Positions 35,982 to 43,856 of a DNA stretch of 64,000 nt are shown here, in pieces (position 1 is the stretch's first letter; each line of letters begins with the position of its first letter). This DNA comes from Candidatus Rifleibacteriota bacterium (GTDB lineage: Bacteria > Muiribacteriota > Ozemobacteria > Ozemobacterales > Ozemobacteraceae). The stretch is taken from contig JAFPZP010000090.1 of NCBI GenBank assembly GCA_017417215.1, positions 294 through 64,293 of the forward strand. The letters are read 5' to 3'. The notes under the pieces were generated by a model. The model did not search any database, was not told where the DNA came from, and worked only from the letters and a program-made list of their open reading frames with translations. Both the position numbers and the translations under genes were made by a program.

Positions 35982-37952
35982 TTAATAACCAAGATTCTTT
36001 ATTGCGACACCTTGATAATAATGTGCTAATATTTGCCTGTAATTCCAACCAATTTTGCCCATTTCAACCGCACCGGACTGACATAAACCGACCTGATGAC
36101 CAAAACCACGACCAAAGATATTTAGTTTTGTAACAGGTTTTAAAACTTTTTTCTTTGGAGGAGTTTTTATTGTTGTAGTAACTAAAGATTTATTGCTAAA
36201 TTTTTTGTTACTATTATAATTATCCTCGCTTTTTGAAGATAACGCAATACTTTTTTCTATTGGATTATAAGAAATGCATTTCCAGCCTTCAGATGGAATT
36301 CTAGCTCGTTTCAGACCTTTTGAAGTATAAACCAATAATTGTTTCGGAGAATATTGAGTATCTGAAAAACTGGTTATTAAAATACTTTGAATATTGTTAT
36401 AGGGAATAGGCTTTGAATTTTCTTCATAGCGCAATTTTTTTTCTTGAGCCAAAGCGAGTAGATTGGCTTTTTCTTCTCTGTCATCAATAATAAATGTTGT
36501 GCTAGGCAGATTAAAAATTCTTCTGACTGTTGTACCTCTTATTTTTTGTTCACCGTTTTTAGTTTGGAAAACAATATTTGTAACTCTATCCATTACAGAG
36601 GGGGCTTCTATAGAAGCTCCGTAAACTTCTTCAAGTTTAACTCCTTCTTTTGCCAATGAGTTTCTTAAATCAATGATTGATATTTCTTTGCTCCAGCGAT
36701 ATTTGGTGCCTTTTTCGCAGAAATTGCATTTAACTCTTCTTAAAAATGGTTCTGCTATTCCGCCCCATACGTCTTCATTGTTAGAGGTCATTCCGCCGCA
36801 GGTAGCATGATATAAAGCACTTATTGGCTTGCTATTATAGCTGAGTATGTAGCCTCTGGTATCTTTTATTGCTTTATCAACAGAAGCTGTTTCGGCGTTT
36901 TTCCCAAAATAGACCTGGCAATGAGTTGTATTGCAGACATCAGCACCATCTGAACCATGTCTGCCTTTATTTGCATAAGCATAGGTTCTTGCTATAACAG
37001 ACTGAGCTTTTAAGGATTCTTGAGGAGAGCTTGAGCCTATTTCTCTTCCTACAACGCCTCTTAAATAATTTTCTATTGAAACTTCATTAACAGCAACAGC
37101 ACCTTTTGCAGTTAATTTGAGAGATAGTTTGCCTCTATAGTCTGTTCCATTGAAATTAAAAATGTTCTTGTTCGGCTTAACGGAGAGAGTTTCGTTAAGA
37201 TGTTCCGGTTTTTTCTTTTTCTTGGCTTTTTTGTCGACAATAGAGGTCCAGTTAAAGGTTCCACCATTCTTTAATGTGCTGATTCTTTTGCCTTTTGAAT
37301 TGGTTATGGTTCCACCATATGGCAGGGTTACAGTTACTTTTGTATGACTTTCTGTTCCAAGCTTTACTTTAAGAATAGGTTCTGGAACTCTATCTTTTTT
37401 GGCTGTTCTTTCTTCTTTAAGCTTTTGAGGCTTTGAAACCTTGGTAGAAGAAGTTGAAGTATTTTTTTTGGTAGTTGTATTAACCTTGGTGGTTGTTGTT
37501 GGAACAGTAGTTTTTGTTGGTGTTTTAGAAGTAGCCGTTTGGGTTTTGTTGCTGGTTGTTTTTAAAGATGAAGTAGTGGCTTTTGTATTTGAACTGGTTG
37601 TATTTGTAGCAGTAGTTTTTTGACCTTCATCTGTTTTTTGTTGAACTTTAATGCTGGATGAAGATTTTATTGTAGTGGTTTTTGAAGGGATAGTATTTGA
37701 AGAAGAGGCTCTGACTGAACTTGAGGTTTTAGTCTCTTGAGTGCTTTTGTTTTTATCGGCAGTAGTAGTTGTAGTCTTGGTGGTTTCTTTCCTTACAGCC
37801 TTTTTCGGAGCTGTAGGGTCTTTTCTGTATGTATTAGGTGTTATGGGAATAACTTTTGAATCTAAGCTCTGGGCTGCTTCAGATAAAACAGGGTGAGCAA
37901 GGCATAGAATAAAAAGAATTATCTGAAATATTTTGTTTATTTGTTTGCTCAT
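35982..37952 (-). CDS. SpoIID/LytB-domain protein with long Thr/Ser-rich N-terminal linker
   Basis: NYLRGVVGREIGSSSPQESLKAQSVIARTYA, CNTTHCQVY, YHATCGGMTSNNEDVWG, GHQVGLCQSGA. An approximately 150-aa T/S/K-rich low-complexity region follows the signal peptide. Confidence 0.8.
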   Translation of the reverse strand: MSKQINKIFQIILFILCLAHPVLSEAAQSLDSKVIPITPNTYRKDPTAPKKAVRKETTKTTTTTADKNKSTQETKTSSSVRASSSNTIPSKTTTIKSSSSIKVQQKTDEGQKTTATNTTSSNTKATTSSLKTTSNKTQTATSKTPTKTTVPTTTTKVNTTTKKNTSTSSTKVSKPQKLKEERTAKKDRVPEPILKVKLGTESHTKVTVTLPYGGTITNSKGKRISTLKNGGTFNWTSIVDKKAKKKKKPEHLNETLSVKPNKNIFNFNGTDYRGKLSLKLTAKGAVAVNEVSIENYLRGVVGREIGSSSPQESLKAQSVIARTYAYANKGRHGSDGADVCNTTHCQVYFGKNAETASVDKAIKDTRGYILSYNSKPISALYHATCGGMTSNNEDVWGGIAEPFLRRVKCNFCEKGTKYRWSKEISIIDLRNSLAKEGVKLEEVYGASIEAPSVMDRVTNIVFQTKNGEQKIRGTTVRRIFNLPSTTFIIDDREEKANLLALAQEKKLRYEENSKPIPYNNIQSILITSFSDTQYSPKQLLVYTSKGLKRARIPSEGWKCISYNPIEKSIALSSKSEDNYNSNKKFSNKSLVTTTIKTPPKKKVLKPVTKLNIFGRGFGHQVGLCQSGAVEMGKIGWNYRQILAHYYQGVAIKNLGY

Positions 37953-37973
37953 CCTTTTTTTTGCCTTTATTTC

Positions 37974-38552
37974 TTATATATTATCGCACCATAGGTCTGG
38001 AAAATGCTTTTTGTCATTCATGTATCTATCATGCTCGCTGAATATGCAACCGCAGTATTTCTGCCTATAAAGCTCATGTTTTCTAGCCAATTCATGAGAT
38101 TCTCTGAAACCTGGTCTGAAGTCTGTGTAATGAAATTTAACATTATATTTCTCAGCGGCTTCATTCCCAACTTGTTTCAAAAGCTCATGATTCTGATAGG
38201 GGCTGATTAAAAGGGTTGTAGAGATTTCTTCAAAGCCAAGTTCTTTTGCTTTTTGAGCAGTAGCTTCAAGTCTAAGTCTATAACATACAGCACAGCGTTC
38301 AGAGCCGAAATGACCATCCAATGCTTCAAGAAATCTATTTAACCCGTATTCTACGTTCCCTTTAACAATAGGCAGTTCGTATATCTTTGCCATTTTAATG
38401 AAAGATGCCATTCGCTGATAATGCTCAACAAAGGGGTGAATATTGGGGTTTTCCCAAAATGCATAGGTCTGGCCTTTGCCAACTTCTGCTTCAAGAATAG
38501 GATATGAACCAGATAAGCATGGACCACAGCAGCAGTGCAATAATATAGTCAT
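37974..38552 (-). CDS. queH: Epoxyqueuosine reductase QueH (DUF208)
   Basis: MTILLHCCCGPC N-terminus, CAVCYRLRL, YCGCIFS. Confidence 0.85.
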   Translation of the reverse strand: MTILLHCCCGPCLSGSYPILEAEVGKGQTYAFWENPNIHPFVEHYQRMASFIKMAKIYELPIVKGNVEYGLNRFLEALDGHFGSERCAVCYRLRLEATAQKAKELGFEEISTTLLISPYQNHELLKQVGNEAAEKYNVKFHYTDFRPGFRESHELARKHELYRQKYCGCIFSEHDRYMNDKKHFPDLWCDNI

Positions 38553-38576
38553 AATTCCCTTTTATTTATCAACAAC

Positions 38577-39917
38577 TTAGTCGATTATTTTCCCTGATAA
38601 AGTCCAGTTACGGGCTGAATCTATTTTTACTTTAACGAAAGTGCCAATAAGACTTGCGTCACCTTCAAAATCTACAGGTCTACCTGTTCTGGTCTTCCCA
38701 AGCATTTTGTTTTCAGAACGGGAAGCAGAGGATTCTACTAATACTTCAAAGGTTTTGCCTACTTGTTTCTGACTTTCTTCGTTAGAAATCTGATTCTGGA
38801 CTTCTATAAGACGAGCCAGACGGCCTTTTTTGACTTCATCACTAAGCTGTTCTTTCATAGAAGCGGCTTTTGTGCCAGGTCTAGGAGAGTAATAATACAT
38901 ATAGGCCGATTCATACCTGATTTCTTTAACGAGATTTATAGTATCTTCAAATTCTTCTTCAGTTTCACTAGGGAAACCGCAGATAATATCTGTGCTCAAG
39001 CTAACATTTGGAATATTTCTTCTCACTTGCTTGATTAATTCAATATAACGTTCTCTTGTATAGCCACGTCTCATTAATTCGAGTATTCTATTGTTCCCAG
39101 CTTGGAAAGGCAAATGATACTGCTCGCATACTTTTGTGAGATTGGAAATACGCTTAATTGCATCTTCTGTAAAATCTCGTGGATGAGAAGTAAGGAATCT
39201 GACCCATTTTATACCGTCAATTTTTTCTATTTCTTCGAGTAAAGTGGCGAAACCTTCTTTCATTCCAAGGTCTTTGCCGTAAACATTTACGTTCTGACCT
39301 AGCAGCATAATTTCTTTAACGCCTTTTGACGCTAAATCGCTGATGTAGGCTAGTAACTCATTCATTGGACGGCTGATTTCAGGACCTCTGACGTAAGGAA
39401 CAATACAGTAGGAACAAAAGTTGGTGCAACCTCTGATTATGTTAACCATTGCGGAGAAAGGTCTTGCTAAAACGATTCCGTCTGCTGTTTCACCTTCAAA
39501 AGTACCTTTGCCGGCAAAACTGCCCAAAGCTTTCTTTTCGCTTGTTTCCTGCAAAAGTTGAGGAAGCTGGTTTATATCGTTAGGACCAAAAACAAGGTCA
39601 ATCATGGGAAGCTCTTTTAGAAGCTCTGCTTTGTGATTTTGGGCCATACAGCCTGAAACACCAATAATTAAACTTGGTTTCTGCTTTTTTAAGGGGTTGA
39701 GAGAACGTATTCTTCCAAAAAGGCGTTCTTCTGCGTGTTGTCTAACGCTGCAAGTATTGAAAAGAATTAAATCAGATTCTTCTTCATTTTCAGTTTCTCT
39801 GTAACCTAGATGTAAAAGAATGCCGCGAATTCTTTGAGCATCAGCTTGATTCATCTGGCAGCCAAAAGTATGTAGTGTAAAAGATTTGTTCGTTTCCATA
39901 GAATGCAATTCTATCAT
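38577..39917 (-). CDS. miaB: tRNA methylthiotransferase MiaB (radical SAM, TRAM domain)
   Basis: FTLHTFGCQMNQAD, radical-SAM CTNFCSYCIVP, and a C-terminal TRAM-like domain. Start at 39917 or 39899. Confidence 0.8.
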   Translation of the reverse strand: MIELHSMETNKSFTLHTFGCQMNQADAQRIRGILLHLGYRETENEEESDLILFNTCSVRQHAEERLFGRIRSLNPLKKQKPSLIIGVSGCMAQNHKAELLKELPMIDLVFGPNDINQLPQLLQETSEKKALGSFAGKGTFEGETADGIVLARPFSAMVNIIRGCTNFCSYCIVPYVRGPEISRPMNELLAYISDLASKGVKEIMLLGQNVNVYGKDLGMKEGFATLLEEIEKIDGIKWVRFLTSHPRDFTEDAIKRISNLTKVCEQYHLPFQAGNNRILELMRRGYTRERYIELIKQVRRNIPNVSLSTDIICGFPSETEEEFEDTINLVKEIRYESAYMYYYSPRPGTKAASMKEQLSDEVKKGRLARLIEVQNQISNEESQKQVGKTFEVLVESSASRSENKMLGKTRTGRPVDFEGDASLIGTFVKVKIDSARNWTLSGKIID

Positions 39918-40045
39918 ATTCTAGAATATAATAGCAATTACTTGAGAGTTTATATTTTGCTTTTTAACATTCCAACAATATCCAACTATTTTTATGGTAG
40001 ACGAGACTCAAATTGTGTTACTATTGCAAAAAATGGGAGGGAAAA

Positions 40046-41953
40046 ATGAAAACTCTGAAACTATACATTCATAATGCTGAAGAGCAGGTAGAAACCTGTG
40101 AATTAACTAGAATTCCTGAGATTTTAAAAGAGAATAACGAATCCTGTTTCAGAAGTCCGTTTTTTTCTGAAGATAATAAAACAGATTGTTTTGGTCCTTT
40201 AACTCTGACTTTTGCTATTAGAACTGCTAAAGATATTCTTCTTGAAGGCTGTGAATATCAGGGACTTGAATTTAAAATAGAAACTGGTGGGAAAACTCTT
40301 CCTGCTATTCCTGCTTATTCGGAACTACAAAAGCTTCTCGATGCTCCAGATACTATTGTTCATATTAACGGACATGTATATAAACCAAATACTGAAGTGT
40401 TCGGCTTCCAGCAGGTTTATGATGATTCTGTAAAATGTATAGAAGGTTTGAAGAAGCTTGGCTTTAATAACGAAGCTTTAGCTCTTTATGCCACTCCTGA
40501 TGATATAACTGTTGAAGTTAATCCTTCTGCTCTAGGGTTGCAGGGAAATAATGAACTTTCTTCCCGCTATTACAGACTTATTTGTCATTTAGCTAATATA
40601 AAAGATGTAGGTGGAAAGCCTCAGAAAACAGATGTTAAGACTATTCTTCTAAATACAGCTCTTCCTGAAGGAAAAATTCTTCTTCCTGGAAGTATTCACC
40701 CGACTATGAGAAGAGTAAAGGTTGGGGTAGGGGCTTCGCATTTTGCTTATGGTATAGCTGCTTTTTCCGATACCTGTGGCAAAAAACGTTCAAAAGAAGA
40801 ATGTATACAGGAAGCTTTAAACTGGCTTAAATTCATAGATAAAGAACTGGCTCCTGTCGCAGGTATTAGAGAACTGCTGGACACTCTTCCTCATGTGTCT
40901 TTGCCTGGCAAATCTAGTAAGAGTCCTGCTGCGGCACAAAATGTTTCTTCTAACAATAATACCTCTTCTGAAACCGCTGCTTCAACTGCTTCTAACAGCT
41001 TCATAGGTGTTTTTCAACCTTTAAAAGCAGAATTAGAAGATTCTAATAATTTGTTTAAAGAAATACCTGCTGGTGTTCCGGCTTTTTCTGTTGGTTTGGA
41101 TAAAGCCTTGGGGCGTGGCTGGTCTATAGGTGGTCTTCATATTATTCTTGGTGGCCGAGAAAAAGGTAAAGCTTCTTTGTTGCTTCAACAAGCTATTCTT
41201 TCAGAAAATAAAATGCCGGTTCTTTATGTTTCATACGATCAGTGTTTAAAGGATTTTGTTATGAATTCTGCCTGTTTAACAGGGGGAATCAACAAATCTG
41301 AAATGATGTCTGGTCTTGTTGGTCCCAATGCTAATCAGGTTAAAATGGCATTAGGAGCTGCCATTGACAGATTGCAGTCAAAGCTTTCTCAGAACCTGTT
41401 TTTCTCTGGTAACGAAGCTGGAAGAATAAAATTTGAAGCTGACAATATTCTTCAACTTGCAGAAATGCTTCCTGAAGCTCCACATAAAATGGTTGTCATT
41501 GAATCTGTTGATGAAGATGATTTCGGTGAAAATCCAAGCGTTCAGCTCCAGAAGCTTAAATCTTTTGCTTCAGCTAATAATGTAACTATTTTAATGAGTA
41601 TTCATGTGAAACATACTCCTGCAAAGCGTCCAAATGTTCTAGAAGAATCTGACTTAGATTATCTTGCTAGATATCAGAGATTTAGCGATACGATAATTGA
41701 TCTTGATACAGAAAAGACAAATCTAAGAAAGTTTGTAGCCTTAGTAAAAGGGCAGGTTGATGCTGCACTGGTTACTAATCTGGAACAGAAGGCTTTACAG
41801 CTTTGTGGTGGCAAGAAGTTAAAAACCGATACTTATAGCTTATTGAGAATAATTCATAATAGAAGTGGGAAAAGAGATTTGATGCTTTATTTATATCAGC
41901 CGGATATGTGCAGATTCTTTGAATTAGCAACTGTTCCGCTTTCTAGACCTTAA
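40046..41953 (+). CDS. Two-domain protein: unknown N-terminal domain plus DnaB-C/RecA-like domain with a deviant P-loop
   Basis: C-terminal half aligns by eye to the DnaB C-terminal pattern (FSVGLDKALGRGWSIGGLHIILGGREKGKASLLLQQA...VLYVSYDQCLKDF...; Walker-B-like KMVVIESVDED). The Walker A reads GGREKGKA, with A instead of S/T. GGGAGGG RBS before ATG 40046. Confidence 0.5.
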   Translation: MKTLKLYIHNAEEQVETCELTRIPEILKENNESCFRSPFFSEDNKTDCFGPLTLTFAIRTAKDILLEGCEYQGLEFKIETGGKTLPAIPAYSELQKLLDAPDTIVHINGHVYKPNTEVFGFQQVYDDSVKCIEGLKKLGFNNEALALYATPDDITVEVNPSALGLQGNNELSSRYYRLICHLANIKDVGGKPQKTDVKTILLNTALPEGKILLPGSIHPTMRRVKVGVGASHFAYGIAAFSDTCGKKRSKEECIQEALNWLKFIDKELAPVAGIRELLDTLPHVSLPGKSSKSPAAAQNVSSNNNTSSETAASTASNSFIGVFQPLKAELEDSNNLFKEIPAGVPAFSVGLDKALGRGWSIGGLHIILGGREKGKASLLLQQAILSENKMPVLYVSYDQCLKDFVMNSACLTGGINKSEMMSGLVGPNANQVKMALGAAIDRLQSKLSQNLFFSGNEAGRIKFEADNILQLAEMLPEAPHKMVVIESVDEDDFGENPSVQLQKLKSFASANNVTILMSIHVKHTPAKRPNVLEESDLDYLARYQRFSDTIIDLDTEKTNLRKFVALVKGQVDAALVTNLEQKALQLCGGKKLKTDTYSLLRIIHNRSGKRDLMLYLYQPDMCRFFELATVPLSRP

Positions 41954-41958
41954 CTTTC

Positions 41959-42240
41959 ATGTTATTTAAAAACAGATATATAGTATATGGCAGAGTACAA
42001 GGTGTTGGTTTCAGGCGCTTTGTGCTTCGCTGTGCTGATGAATACTCTGTTGGCGGCTGGGTTAAGAATAGACCTGATGGGAATGTAGAAATAGAAGCTG
42101 TAGGAACCCAAGCAGAATTAAGTGGTTTTTTAGGAAAAGTAGCCGAAGGTTCCTGGTTTTCTAACGTAGAAGAAATTGAAGAAATAACTTCAAATCAAGT
42201 AGATGCTGCTTCTAGAGATTTTAGAATTGTGAGAGGATAA
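41959..42240 (+). CDS. acyP: Acylphosphatase
   Basis: YGRVQGVGFRRFV and GWVKNRPDGNVE signatures. 93 aa. Confidence 0.9.
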   Translation: MLFKNRYIVYGRVQGVGFRRFVLRCADEYSVGGWVKNRPDGNVEIEAVGTQAELSGFLGKVAEGSWFSNVEEIEEITSNQVDAASRDFRIVRG

Positions 42241-42258
42241 AGCCAATCAAAGCTTGGC

Positions 42259-42430
42259 GTAGTTATTGTAATCGGTTTTTGTTGTAGTTATTGTTTTATC
42301 GTTAATTTCTAAGCTAACGAAAAATAGTGGTTTTTATTAGTTGATTGAGCACAAGTCATAAAAGGACAAAAGACAACCGACTATGGACAAACGCTGCCGA
42401 AGACAATAACTACAATAACTACCAACTACA
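42259..42430. repeat. Inverted-repeat-bounded about 170-nt element (MITE-like or structured RNA)
   Basis: Left arm has two copies of gtagttattgt (42259-42269 and 42284-42294). Right arm has acaataactac (42403-42413) and aataactac (42414-42422). Internal hairpin tcgtta..taacga. Confidence 0.6.
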
Positions 42431-42439
42431 ATAAAAACT

Positions 42440-42475
42440 AAAAAAATACCACTCGTTAAGAGTGGTATTTTTTTG
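42440..42475. terminator. Bidirectional Rho-independent terminator
   Basis: aaaaaaa-taccactc-gttaa-gagtggta-ttttttt. Confidence 0.85.
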
Positions 42476-43147
42476 TTACTTAGCATCTAAAACAGCAGTT
42501 GCTATATCTGTTGCTCCGGCTTCTTCCTGCAAGTATTTGCCGATTTCATTCAGGATTTTTTCCATTTCTTCTTTTGGGGTGATATTACTTGAAGAATAAA
42601 CGAAAAATGCAATCTTTTTAGTAGGTTCAAATACCTTGGTTGCCTGAGAATCCTTTACTGGTGTGCCTATGGCTTCAGCACCAGTCTTAGCTACCAAGAG
42701 CAGTTTCTTAAGAGTAAGAATTTGACCTTCTTTATTGAAAACATATTCTTCTGTTTCGCCACCGACTCTTAAGCAGAGGTCGAAACCGGATTTATCAAGG
42801 TCAAAAACGCTGATAGGAAGCTTATACTTAAGAGATATATGATTGTTTATATCTACTATATTATTGATGTAGTTGAAACTTCCTCTGTTGGTAAGGTCTT
42901 TGAATAAGTATTCAGAAGCGGGTCTGCTTCTTCCAGATGGGTGAAAACCAAAAGTCTTAAGAAGGCTTCTTACGCCTTTCTGCATATTGTCGGGGTAGGC
43001 ATAGCCTGGTTTCAGCATTTCTTCAATGTCTTTAGTAATAGTCTGCTGATACTTTTCTGTAGAGGGTTTAACATTTATGTTAAAAGCTTCTAAAAAGCCG
43101 ATTCTTAAAGTGGAATCTGGTAAATCGAAACTTATCTTTGTCTGCAT
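42476..43147 (-). CDS. B3/B4 tRNA-binding-domain protein (PheT B3/4-like, stand-alone)
   Basis: Pattern RPASEYLFKDLTNRGSFNYINNIVDINNHISLKYKLPISVFDLDK ... GTPVKDSQATKV is typical of B3_4-domain proteins. ATG at 43147 is preferred over 43174. Confidence 0.6.
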   Translation of the reverse strand: MQTKISFDLPDSTLRIGFLEAFNINVKPSTEKYQQTITKDIEEMLKPGYAYPDNMQKGVRSLLKTFGFHPSGRSRPASEYLFKDLTNRGSFNYINNIVDINNHISLKYKLPISVFDLDKSGFDLCLRVGGETEEYVFNKEGQILTLKKLLLVAKTGAEAIGTPVKDSQATKVFEPTKKIAFFVYSSSNITPKEEMEKILNEIGKYLQEEAGATDIATAVLDAK

Positions 43148-43167
43148 ATTTCTTTCTCTTTTCTGTT

Positions 43168-43446
43168 TTAACAATAAAAACTAATTTGATGGAAATATAA
43201 TTTCCATTTTTCTATTATTTCTTTACTTCTAGCTTCTATAATATCAATAATGTATTTTAATTGTCTATTTGGAATTTTAGAATTATTATTTGCTAATAAG
43301 CATTTACCTGTTTGGGTTATCCATATTTTGGTTGCTTTTTCGTTCGGTTCACCTAGGGCAACATGGACATGAATCGGCTCTAAGGGTATAGCTTCATTAG
43401 ACCAAAAGTAAATAATATAATTGCCAATTTTAAAAATTTGCGGCAT
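43168..43446 (-). CDS. DUF4160-family small protein
   Basis: MPQIFKIGNYIIYFWSNE...PIHVHV matches the DUF4160 N-terminal pattern (MP.i....g....iy.nEh.ppHvHv). The start at 43446 overlaps the upstream ORF by 17 nt. Confidence 0.65.
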   Translation of the reverse strand: MPQIFKIGNYIIYFWSNEAIPLEPIHVHVALGEPNEKATKIWITQTGKCLLANNNSKIPNRQLKYIIDIIEARSKEIIEKWKLYFHQISFYC

Positions 43447-43708
43447 TTTCAAAACCGCCTTCTCTTGCAAGAGATATAATAATGTGAGCAGTTGATTTTA
43501 ATAGTTCTTGAAAAGAGTTTATTTCTTCTTTAGAAAAACCATTTATATTTTTCCATTCATAAGAAGGTAAGTAACATTCTGCAGAATTAAACCCACCATA
43601 TATAGGTTTCTCAAAATAAACCTTAACGGTTTCTTGATTATTATCTATATAGGCATCAGAATGAACTATTTCTGTTTTGTCATTTAAAGTCATGAAAGGA
43701 TACATCAT
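43430..43708 (-). CDS. Hypothetical small protein (92 aa) overlapping the DUF4160 gene
   Basis: ORF only; no family recognised. Appears translationally coupled to the next gene. Confidence 0.4.
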   Translation of the reverse strand: MMYPFMTLNDKTEIVHSDAYIDNNQETVKVYFEKPIYGGFNSAECYLPSYEWKNINGFSKEEINSFQELLKSTAHIIISLAREGGFENAANF

Positions 43709-43856
43709 AATATATAACCTCTAAAATCTATTTTATTTATTCTAATAATAATCTATTATTAAATCAATAATAGAGGCTAAAAAAAGATTGATTGAGTACA
43801 GATTGGTAATGTGATATAACATTAGAGTTGTGTACATAAATTACGGAGGCGGATAC

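Noticed and set aside
37441-37623. Val-rich 60-aa ORF, and other antisense or alternate-frame ORFs in the track (e.g. 33149..33499, 33656..34042, 45081..45425, 47808..48299, 32381..32710, 38763..39038)
   Set aside because: They lie fully inside well-supported genes on the opposite strand or in another frame. Their composition mirrors the real gene (e.g. poly-Val opposite poly-Thr), and no RBS is present.
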